A stretch of DNA of 64,000 nt from Zygnema circumcarinatum SAG 698-1b (taxonomy: Eukaryota > Plantae > Zygnematophyceae). Both the position numbers and the translations under genes were made by a program. Below the pieces are notes generated by a model. The model saw nothing but the letters and a program-made list of their open reading frames with translations, was not told where the DNA came from and did no database searches. Below are positions 1 through 11,600 of the stretch, piece after piece. Numbering within the stretch: the stretch's first letter is position 1; each line of letters begins with the position of its first letter. The DNA is taken from the NCBI GenBank assembly GCA_037447605.1, contig CM074804.1, positions 1,240,001 to 1,304,000 on the forward strand. The letters are read 5' to 3'.

Positions 1-248
1 AACTCCACCGCATTCTCGATGGCATTATAGTTTCTGCATTGTCTGACTTTTCTATGCTTGATGGCAAGTACGAATTTTCCATCTCCTCCTAGCTCTATTT
101 TATGTTTGGACACGCAACCAACTGACCAACAGCTCGTAGACATGGTCAGCATATGCTTGCCAAAGTCATGAGTGTTTGCACTGCCTGTGCAGCCAACTAC
201 TTCCGTTAAAGTAAATAATTACTTTGGCAAGAGGCATTTCCTGGCATT

Positions 249-249
<1 letters not shown>

Positions 250-340
<91 letters not shown>
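250..340. repeat. (CT)n microsatellite, probably intronic in the 3D gene
   Basis: Near-perfect CT dinucleotide run. Confidence 0.95.
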
Positions 341-344
<4 letters not shown>

Positions 345-418
345 TCTCTCGTCCCCCTTAACACCCCTTCCCGCCCTCTCCCTTCCTCTCTCGTGTGCTG
401 ATTATTTTCTCGATGCAG

Positions 419-1781
419 GTACTGGACAGATACCAATTTGTTGGGCCAATCATATCACGGTCTCACTGCTAGGGGCACCTTCCCTAGCCAGGTAAGAGGT
501 CGCATTCAAATCTATTCCTTACAATAACAGCTTGTAGCCCTCAGTTTGAAGTTCAGGGTTGCAGGAGCATCACCGTTAGGGCTTTGGAATGGAACTAAAC
601 TTTCATGTGTGGTTCATTCAAGGAATTCCACCTGAGAGCGTCTGTCTATCAATTCCGCTATTTTATTAGAAGCCATTTTTGTTTCCGAACCATGTTTTGC
701 TTGCCCCTTTCTTCCAATGCAATGTCCCATTCCCTCCTGCAGGCCCGGCCGGCCCTTCTTTCGCCTCTCAGCCTCCGTCACTGTGAACGGATTCCGGGCC
801 GCCTTTTACTGTTTCCATGGCGGCTGTTGCCGCGCTACGGAACTATCGCAGCTGACACGCAGTTCTTCCCCTTCGGAACTCGCATGTTTGTTCCGGGCTA
901 TGGCTGGGGAGTGGTGGGTGAACTCCTGTTTTTTTTTTTTTTTTTCTTCGATTGTTGGGGGGAGAGGGGGAGTGAGTATATTGGTGTTGGGAGTGCTCGT
1001 GGTTTGGAGGTGTATGATAGTTTTGGGAGTTTTAGGGCTACAGGCGTGGGGAGGAGCAAGGCGAGGGGAAGCGATGCCTTTGGTGATTTAGGGTTGTGGG
1101 CACCATGAAGTGGCATGTGCTTTTAACTGGGGTTTGTGGGTGGGCTGTGCCGTGCAAGGGCAGGTGGAGGACCGGGGTTCCGCCATAAAGGGGCCTGCTC
1201 GAATCGACTTGTTTCATCATTCTCATAATGAGGCAATGAAGTGGGGGAGAAGGCGACTCAAGGTGGGAAAGGGAACGGAAGGCGAAGAAGAGTACATGCT
1301 TTAGGTCTGAAGGATCTGATGGTTTTGAGATTTTTTTTAGAAAGTCAAGAGAAAGGTGGGAAGGTTTAAGAGGGAGGGAGGGAGGGATGGAGGGAGGGAG
1401 GGAGGGAGTGTGGCAATGGAGGGAGGGACAGATTTGGAAAATATATACTTTTTTGAAATAAAGGGATGAGCTTGTCTGATCATGTCATGTAGAGCGCGTG
1501 AAACAGGGAGGTGGATCCCAGGGAGGTGGATCCGAGGGGGCGGACATGATCAACCTTGGAGTTGCAAACAAGCCGATCATAGCCATCATTATCTTGTCTG
1601 ACGAAGGCTCTGCAGGGCAATGTCTCCATTCATAAGCTGAAACTAATCGATTCTATTTGATGCCACGTGTCAGGTCCTGGTTCTACGGCCCGGCGAGAGC
1701 GTGGTGGACCTTCTCAACCTTCCCCCGCCGGTCAAGTTCGTCCTGCGCGGCTTGGATTGGGCGAGGCGCTTTGTTTTCTGA
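419..1781 (+). CDS. 3D-domain (MltA-like/peptidoglycan lytic transglycosylase-type) protein, 5' partial; exons 419-491, 743-913, 1164-1262, 1674-1781
   Basis: GT-AG exons splice in frame to [30 protein letters not shown]...[69 protein letters not shown]...RRFVF*. The three aspartates of the 3D motif (IAAD, EDRG, RIDL) are present. The upstream exon and start were not identified. Confidence 0.85.
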
Positions 1782-3125
1782 ATGGAGCCATGGGAGGGAG
1801 AGAATGGCTTTTAGGGTTTCCATGTTGCTCCATGTTCCGTCATCCCGTGCCGTTTCCGTTTGTTGCACTCCGGTCCGTCTTGTTCTGTTCTGTTCCGTTC
1901 CGTTCCTTTCCTTAAAAGCTTACAGCTGCGCATTTCTATGCATTGCAAACAGGTGGCAAAGGTTCGACCAAAATTTGTTGATTCGCTTTTTTCTTAGTGG
2001 GAAAGGAGGTGGTGGGCAAGTCTTGAAACAAGATAGCAAGGTGGTTGGCAAAGTTTGATAGCGACGGCTTTTCTTGCTTTGGGATGACGGTAAATCAACA
2101 ATTTTGAATTATTCCTGTACCATGTAAACAACATTTTTTTGTCCCCGACCTCTCCTCCCCCCCCTCCCCCCCACTTTTTTTTTTTACAATCAGCCCTTCA
2201 CATGTGCTTGTACTTGAATCACTCAGTCTGGTGTTACTGTTTGCCGTTTTACTGCTCCAACTTGTTGTTCTCGAGTTAAGTGCCTTGTCACTGTGTAGCC
2301 AGCCAATGGTCGCAACCATTGGCTGGCGACCCAGGCAGTGGTTTTTAACACACTATTCCTGTGATGGAAATTACTATGGACGCTTCTTAAATTATTCCAG
2401 AATGACGTTGACATAGATAAACTCCTTGACCACCATCATCATCATCATCTCCAGCAGCAGCATCTTCATCATTGACCCTAGTTCCTAAACCTGAACCCTT
2501 AACCCTAAACTCTGCATCCCAGAGCCTAAATCCTATACCCCAAACCTGCACCCTACGCCCAAAAACCTAAACCCAACTCTAAAGCTTCAACCGGAACCCT
2601 AATCCCCATTGCTTAAGAAATGCCTCGTACAATTTCGTCGGTCAAAAGTCCAGCAGTTCCAAGAAACAAACAACAACCCCAAGCATATAATTGACAATGG
2701 AATTATCAACACTTGATTTTGCGCACCCTCCTTGACATAGAACGGCAGAACTTTGTCCACAATTAGTCGAGCTGCCGAAAAAAAATACGAAAAACTCAAT
2801 TTTGGTTCCAGCTTTCACAAAGAAAATAGAAAAACTACATTCGCCTTAAGCCCTAAAGCCGAAAAAAAAGGTCTACAATGAAATTTACAGATACTTTCAG
2901 GGATTTAAAGGGGGGGTTACAAAATTTGAAGCGCTTTAAAAAGATTTAGGGTTTTGAGACTAAATTTTAGGGTCTCAAAATAGCATGAGCTAGAACTCAT
3001 CAAATGACCAAATTTTATACAAAGAACCTCCGTTTCCGTGGCCCCATTCAAACTCTACAACCCACTTTACGCAAACCCTAAAAAACCCTTAATCTTCCGA
3101 CTCTCCTAATTATCTTTTTATTCCT

Positions 3126-4858
3126 TCAGAGCCACTTCGGATGATCGATAGAAATTCGAACAAGATCGGTATCGAAGAGCTCAATGAACTTCACCAACAG
3201 AAAACAAACAATAAAAAGCCAGGTCAGAATATGAGAGATTCAAGATCTTACAGAATAAAAGATTCCAGACCGTAAAGAGAACAAAACTTCAGAAATAACA
3301 TTTTTTCAGGTGTTTTATAGGGTTTTTTGAATTTTAACATTTAAAAAAATAATAATAATAAAATACCTGCTCGCTCAGCAGCCTCACTTTGCTCCCTGCG
3401 TATCGCCGATATTCTTCAAAAATGGAAGTCAGGTTCCAGCGCTGCAGCTTCCTGAGGCAGCCAATCAGAGTGCCTGCATTGCACCATTGTTAAAAAATCT
3501 CTACATTTAAATTTAATTGTGAAAAATTACCTTTAAACCTCTGAACTTCCTCAAGTCTTTACCCATCAGTAATCCGCCGACAAGTATGAATTTTACGGGG
3601 AAAAAAGTAATCAAAGAGAGAACGAAATGTTTCAGGCTAAGGGAAATAAAGCCTAAATCCAACTCGATTAAAGTGCAAGTTTTTCTTGCGGAATTGCCCA
3701 CCTGTTCGGTGTCTGCCGAGACTGCACATTACGTGTAAAGGGTAGCGGTCCGGAGAAAGGATCACCTTTATCACTCACACAAGGAAACCCGGCTTCACTC
3801 ATAACGTGAAATAGGAATAAACCAGGACTAACGGATCTTCTATCTCCGTGCTTTTCCGCTCTAATCCGTAGATCCCTGCCCATCCCCCCTTCCATCCCCA
3901 CTCCCTCTCTCCCTCTCTCCCTCTTTTCCTCTCTCTCCCTCTTCCCCCCACCATTTCACCCGACTAGTTCACTACCTCCCTCACTCCTTGCTTCTCACCC
4001 TCCACGATTGTCCTTCCCTATGAAGCTCAAATGTAAGGACTAAAGTATCGCTCTCTCCCTTTCCACCTCCAACCCCAACGGAAGGACTTGTTAAGCGCCG
4101 ACCTGAAGAGCAGACAAAATTTCTTCTTCAGAAATGGGGCTGGCGGGATTGTTTGCCTGCTCGTCCCAACCATGCGGACGTACAATGTCGATCTCCTGGT
4201 CGTCCAGGAAATTAAGACTGCCCCAATAGTGCAAAACGTCCATTAGTCATTCTAAAGCAATATTCAAAGCATTCTGCGAGTACTTTGACAAAACCAAATG
4301 CAGTTTTTCCATGCTTCTCCACCCAATAAGCAGGAAAGTGAAAAATCCTCCTGTGATTCTGCTCTATATGAACATACACGGTATCCAAAACGAGGCTGTC
4401 CGACTATGGCAATCGATATTTTAGAAAGAAATGGATAATGGCATGGCATCCATCACCCATCACCATCCATAGCATCCTCATCCCCTGCCTTCATGTCCCT
4501 GCTGCCATGCATGTCATCCATCATGCATCCATGGCATGCCTCTGATACCATGCCATCGTTCCCTCATAGAACCCAGCACATCCATCACACTGTACGCATC
4601 CATGACATCATCCATGACCTCTGGCATCATGGTGATGCTGAAGCCATGTATGCATCCCCCTATCCCTCCGCCCATGCATGCATGCGTGCCGAGCAGCAAG
4701 ACGTACAAGGGCTGCGTCGGCTCCTCGTGCGACAAATAAATCACCGTTTTCAATTTCAACCGCTCCAGAAAAGGAAAGTTGAGCTCGTTCGGCTGTCCTG
4801 AGCGGTACAGGTCTTCCTCCACCATCCCAAAGTTTGCGGGAGGAAGGAAAAAAGACAT
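3126..4858 (-). CDS. Siw14/OCA-family (PFA-DSP-like) tyrosine/dual-specificity phosphatase; exons 4707-4858, 4103-4217, 3702-3765, 3367-3473, 3126-3188
   Basis: Five GT-AG exons splice in frame: [43 protein letters not shown]...[41 protein letters not shown]...[10 protein letters not shown]...WL*. CX5R motif is intact. Confidence 0.92.
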
Positions 4859-5554
4859 GGCTCCCCCCTCTCTTTCTCGCTCTCTCTCTCTCTTTCTCTG
4901 TCTAACTCTCTGTCTGTCTGTCTCTCACTCTCTCGCCAACCCCAAATCAATGCAACCCTAAATCGTAAACCTAACTCTGCAAGCTCCTTACCCCCCGCCC
5001 TCAGCCCCTCCGCTCAAACTCCAATAGAACCGCAAGGAAGCGTGTCTCCGCACGGGTTGAAACTGGAACGGGACTCGAACTGAATGGCAATCTCACGCGA
5101 CACATGTAGTTAGGCCTCTGTGAGGCAGCCACGTGGCGTCCGTACTGGCACCGACTTCCACCTCGAGATCCACCGACAAGTAGGCGCCGTTGCACCTCCG
5201 CTGGATTGGTCAAGGGGGACGCCATGTACCCATGGCCACGCCATGGCCATGGCCATAGATAGCCATGCCATGGCCACCATGGCCATGACCACTCCCTGGG
5301 CCGTACGGCGCGACATTTCGCGCTGTCCGCCGCCCGTCGAGGCCGTCGGCCGCGTCACGTGACAGATGCGCGCCGACGCGGCGTCGGAGGGTCTGCGAAT
5401 CGAAGGGTCGATGGCGGCGGCCGCCCCCTCGCACCATATCGCCGGGCATGCACGCATGCAGGTTTGGCCCTTCTATTTTTCTCTTTCCCTCCCTTCCTCC
5501 CTCCCTCCCTTCCTCTCTCTTTCGCGTACGTGCTCCACTCAGAACTATATCTAG

Positions 5555-7614
5555 ATGAAACAAAAAAAGAGAAGACCGTTTACCTCCAAGGCATTGTTTT
5601 TATTCGTATTAAGCCCCATTCTGCGGGTTGTGCTGTGGCTGCGAAAAATCCGTTGGCTGCTGCCGGTCCCCGTCCCCGTTGGACAAGACTCATGTGCCAG
5701 CCATCCATGGGAGCTTTCAGAGCCCAAAAGCAAGTGGGCCACATTTCAAGGCGTCAGGCTCCACTATGAAACGGTCGAGCCGCAATCATCTCGCACCGGG
5801 CAGAGCAGTGGAAATCTCAAGGTCTCGTCTAAGGATGTATGGCTGCCTGCTATGGCTTCGTCGGCAACTTCTCAAAGTATCCCCTTTTTGAATGGCCAGG
5901 GTGAAGGAGCATTTGAAAGTTATAAAAGGACGGGGGAGACCAAGACGAGTAGCATGATTTTTGAGGCTAGCCATGACAGCCAAAATGGTCACCAGAGGCC
6001 CCCACTTCAGAGTAAGAGATCTAAAAATTCCTCACCTTCTGGAATGATCCTTTTCCATGGCTTCCTCTCCTCCTCCTTCACCTTCCGCAAAGTGATGCGT
6101 CCTCTCGCCGAGGTCCTTCAAACGGAAGTGTTAGCATTCGACCGACCCGGTTTCGGATATTCAGCGAGGGCAGAAATGCCTGACTTGTATGATATGTCCC
6201 TTCGAGGAGCGACCGATTCTTCGATCCTAACTAGAAATCCCTACACTTCAACTTTCTCAGCCCACGCTGCCTCCACTTTCATTTCCCATTTGGGTTCCAA
6301 AAAAGTGGTTCTTGTTGGACATTCGGCCGGAAGTGTCGTTGCCATTGATACTTACTTCAACGATCCTGGCCGCATAGCTGCAATCGTTCTAGTAGCGCCT
6401 TGCATAGCGACATTTCTCGCAAACGGGCAGCCATGGAAGCGCCCTAAACTCTCGGCAAGGGAGGAATTGGAAAGTAGGAGGAAGGATACTCAGAATCCGT
6501 TCCAATTACTGGCTCGTCCTTGGCCAAAACTTGGGAAAGTATCAACCAATCAGCCGGAGTTTCATGTGTCTGAAGAAGAGTACCAACACGACATTAGTTT
6601 TCTCATTCAAGATTCTCGAAGTCTTAAGTTCTACAGCTCTTCCGCGTTAGCCTCTGATGCCATTTTTTTGGACGAAGATTGGCCTGCACCAGCCAGCCTC
6701 GACAAGGCAAGCTCCCGGGAAAGGAGTTTTTACAATCGGTTCATCGGCTGGCTAGAGTGTGCACGGAAGTGCCTAGCGAGGTGGCTATCCATGGCAGCAT
6801 GTTGGCTCATGCACATGCCCAGCGGAGCAGATGTGGTGAGAACTCTCTTTTATTCGATTGGAGCACAAATTCTTCGATTTGGATGGCACGACCCCGACTC
6901 CGAAGCCTGTTGGGTGAGTGGCTTTCTCAGGATATCAGGACTTCTAGAAATTCACGTGAAGTTTATTTGCTTGAATATCATAGGGCTTTGCGATTGAAGA
7001 TAAAGTTTTCTGCATCTATGGAAGTCGGCATCCCAATTTATGTTTGGTCGGTTTACACAAATGTCTAGACATCTTTCAATTTATTTTTTGCTGTTGAGCG
7101 CCAGGAATTTTTGAGAGGCATATACCGCACGATCAGCTGCCGAGGCTGGGAGCGCTCCCTGGCCAACTTTCTAGCTACGTGCTTTATGGCCGTGACAAGA
7201 GGCACTGAAGATCTGGTCTTTGCAGGTACAGCGGAAAAATCTCTATGCATATGTTAGTGTGTACATGGATACATATCTACACATGCATGACCATGCATAC
7301 ACTTCGATGCTGTCACACTGACTCACACATCGAATATCTTGTCTCAAGAGAACCCTCATGACCGCACTTCTTCTACCATGCTATGACCCTTGAACTATGG
7401 TGATGCAGGCAATGGCCTCCACAAGCTATCGTGCCCTGTGCTCGTAGTGTCGGGCGACAGCGATTGGCTCGTGCCTCTTTGGAACTCGAAGAGGGTCGCT
7501 GCCTCCATTCCGGGCGCGAAAGTTGCCGTCATACGAAACTGCGGACACGTGCCGCATGAAGAGCAGCCGGAAGAGTTCATGGAGGTGGTGCAGCGCTTCT
7601 TGCGTGAAATTTAG
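5555..7614 (+). CDS. Alpha/beta-hydrolase (~563 aa); exons 5555-6913, 7099-7225, 7409-7614; possible extra 5' exon 5366-5461
   Basis: LFHGFLSS, AFDRPGFG, nucleophile elbow VGHSAG, VSGDSD and CGHVPHEE motifs. Exon phases are consistent (1692 nt). Confidence 0.9.
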
Positions 7615-8622
7615 TCACCGTCACTGCTTTAAAGGATCCCACATGGAAATCGTCAAAGAGGGGTCTTGCGCTCAGCATTAGGACTGAATCCCAAGAAGAG
7701 ATTTGCTTGGAATCATGTCGCATTAGTGCTTTTTTCGCTTCATGTATGCTGCTATGCTTTGTATGGTTTACATTCCATAGGGGGGACGGGAGGGGTGGGG
7801 GTTAAATTTTTTTTTTTGACAAGACTTTGTGCATTGTAATTCAGCGCCAATAGGATACATCGACTATTCTGAACACTATCAATCGGGATTGCTTTTTTCG
7901 TCTCAAATTTTCAGAAAATGCGTACTACTCCTGTCAAAATATTTGTTGTGCTCAAGCTTTGAAAACTTTGCGTCCATAACCTCTATTTTAGAAAACGCTT
8001 CCAACTGCACACGTGTTGAGAAAATTTTCGCACTAAAAAGGAAAGCATCTGCTCAGATTCAAAGCGACAAAAAAAAACGCCTATTGAGAATATCAAACTA
8101 CATGTATTAAGCGAAAAGTTTCATTTCTTGTCGCTTCATATTAATGGAGTCAAACATCTATATTGAGCAAATATGAGAGCACGACCGAAATACACGAACC
8201 ACCTCCCTCCCTTCTTCTCCCCCTCTCCCTCTCCCTCTCCCACTCTCCCTCTGTTCCCTCCACGGCCTAAGCCTAACCCTTGCCTATCACGCCTGTCCCT
8301 CCCTCCTTCGCCCTTCCCCCTTAAAGGACAAATTCACCCGTACGTCGAGTAGTTCACTTTACATATATACTCGCACAATCTCTCGAACCAGTCGTGCAAA
8401 ATATTGCTCACTTTTGCCGTCTTACCCAAACCCTACACCAGCTATATCGGCCTGAAAGCCTTTTCTACGCCCACAATCTTGTCAACATTCACTCCCTCCC
8501 TCCCAACCTCCCACTTCAGTACTCCCACTCGCCTCTTATCTCTGTCCCTCCCCATCCCCTCCTCTCTCTGACACTCTCACTCTCTCTCCCCCTCCCTCCG
8601 TTTCATTATTTCTCCCCTCCCC

Positions 8623-11600
8623 TCACGTGGTAGGAATGTTCGCGGGAGTGGGCACAGGTGAGAGATTGCAGAGAGGAGAATCGAGGCAGCCGAGGAAAGT
8701 CGGAGAAATTTTGTCATCAAAAACGGAAGTCTGATTAGAGGGAAATGGCCTGAACGGTTTGCTTGTGATGATGATCCGCGGAGATGACCCATCTGCCTCA
8801 TCCGCATTGTCTCGTGCAAATTCCGCACGGAGACGATGTTGTGCCGCTAAGGGAAGCGAAGCAATCTGCGTTCCGTTCTGCCCCTCCATCATGAATCGCT
8901 CCCCTTCACGCATTGCTCCACCTCTCCCAACCATCATGCCAAGATTCAAATCCATTTCTCGATCTTCATCCGCTTCTTCTCTCCTGTTAAACACGCTCTC
9001 CCTCTCCCTCCCTCTCATTGCATCATGCCCTCCCTCCTTCCCCTCCCCTCCCGTCATCTTCCTCTCCCTCGCTATTTCAATAACTTCCTTTTTAACCCCC
9101 TCTCCCTCCACCCTCCCACCACTCTCTACCCTCTCTCCCACCTCCCTCTCCTCCCCCTCCATCTCTGCATCCTCCGCGCCCCCTATGGGCATCCCTCCCC
9201 CTGTCCCTATCCCCTCTCTGCCCCTATTTAGCCCCGAATTCGCCGATATCCCAACTGGACTCGTCCTTGCTATCAAGCTCTGCCTCTGCCGATAGATATC
9301 TCCGAATGTCTCCTTCACAACAGGCCGACTTGCGTTAAATTTCCGAGGTTCAGGTTTATAAATCTCCCAAAAACCCCTCGTGGGAGGGAGGAGAGATGAC
9401 GGGGGAGGCGGTAGCGGGGGTCGTCCATCTGTCACGCCCATCCCTGACATGTGCGCGAACCCTCCAATGGTGCGCCCAAACAGTGTGGAGCCCATCGGAC
9501 CGTCGATCGAGAAATCGGACGACGGAGCGGTCCCCCCCGATCCTTGCTGGAAGCCGACGGCCGCTCCAGGGCCGCTGGTGGCGGCCGCCGACTGCGAGCC
9601 GGGCGGCGGTTGGTCCACGACAGGGGCGGCAGGTGGCGGGTGTGACGTGGCGCGGTGGTGCTTGTCCTCAGCGGCGGTTCGCACGTGCGGGCGGGGGTGG
9701 CTGTGCTGGCCCTCGTACGTTATGCGCACCTTGCGGGGGTCCTCGCTGCACCGCTCGACCTGCTTCTTCGCGCCGCACTTCTCCTTGCAGCGGTAGTAGC
9801 TCCTGCGACCAATGGCATGGCATGGGTTTTTAGAACCAAGTGGCTAATGACTAACCTGACTAGGTTTAACGCCACAGGCATCGAGATGAATTTGAAGCAA
9901 ACTTGTGAATGGATGGCCACTAAATATGACTAAGATCGGTCTACCACGTCTGCCACGTCTGACTATGAGCCAAGTCATAGCCAGTTCTGGTCAGGCGGTG
10001 ACTAAGGAAGGCCCAGCTCTCGCCCGTCAGCGCCTGGCGGCCCCCCACGCGCAACGTGGCGCCGCTGCTTCCGCGCGGCCAATCGCCGCGCGCCGTGGCG
10101 CGTACGAAAACGTGTTTCAAGCGACCACTCTACGAGTGCCACGTGGCAATGACAGCCGGAGCGTTACTGTTACAAGACGAGATTCGTCCATACGGACAAG
10201 ATTCTGACGTCAGAACTTTGACCAGGTCACCACGGCACGAGCCGGCCAGCTGGCGCTTGGTCGGACATGCACGAGAAAGACAAAAATGACAAAACGGTTA
10301 CTTTCCCGTCCAATCAAATCCCAGAAAAGACAAAGAAATGCCGGACGGGCGGCTTGTCCAGTCTATTTCCGTACAGCATACGCCGTCGGCAGAAGCTGCC
10401 CGGCCGCCGCACGGGCTGCCCAGAAAACAAAAATTCACGGGGACGTTCGCACAGTTCGCTACAACGGCTTTGGTGACGTCATCCACACGGACGGCTATAC
10501 CAACCTCATATGAATGAGAAGTCAATCGCCACAACAAACAAAACTATGACGTCAGGGACATATCACGTCAGCACGAAACCAGACTCTAATGCATTTCCCG
10601 AGCAGGTTCGCGACTGAAAAAATCGCTTTCACGAAAGTCAAGCGGGAAGCAGCAGAAATGACAAAAGCATAATTACGACTGTAATAAAACGACAAAAAAA
10701 CATCCACCAGCATCCCCTGAACCTACCCGAGGACGAAACTACTTCGAAACGAGTACATGTTTCGCGCGCTGATCCCGGCAACAGCACCGTGCGCAGTACT
10801 CGTTCCGAAATAACTTCCAGACAACCCCTACGTCCTTTCCAACTGTGACATGAGTCACAGGACCTAGTCAACAACCGTACCGTAAGGACTGCCAGCGCGG
10901 ACTGTGCGATCTGACCAGTGGCGAGTCCGCCAGCGCCAGGTGGCGTGCGGCGACTGGCGGCCCTGCCCGGCACAGCGACGTGCGCGCGAACGAGGGCGGA
11001 GGCGCCGCGGGAAAACAAATTTCAAAAGTGTTTGTACGGCCGCGCGGACCGGAGGGAGGGGAGGGAGGGGGAGGGGAGGGGAGGGGAGGGGAGGGGAGGG
11101 GAGGGGAGGGGAGGGAGGGGGAGGGAAGGGGGGTGCACCTGGGGTAGGAGTTGTGCATGGTCTCCTTCTGACCGTACTTGCGCCAATTCCATCCATCCTC
11201 GATGACGTCAGTCACCACCACCACCTTCTGTGTGCGGCGCCTGCGCCGTCGAAGACGTAACACCCAAATCCGTAAACATCCAAACCCTAAAATAAAGTGT
11301 CCACTAAAAACTAAAATCCCCACTACAAAGACTTCTATTCATAAATACCAAACCTTGTCCCTTCGTTATCAAAAGAAAAGAAAAACGTTCTTCAAATAAT
11401 TCCAGAAATACCCAAATACTAAAACAACCTCAACCTTCAACCAACCCATATCCTAACCAACCCGATCCTCCCAAAACTCAGATTTCCTCCAAATATCATC
11501 AACCCAATCCCTCGTCCAGAAAACCTCAAATTTCCCCTCCCTCACCTTTTGAAGCTTCCCCGGCCACCTCCGCCAACCAAAGGAGCCATCTCCGCCGATT

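Noticed and set aside
2095-2799. Short ORFs downstream of the phosphatase
   Set aside because: No motifs or consistent exon chain; probably UTR or intergenic.
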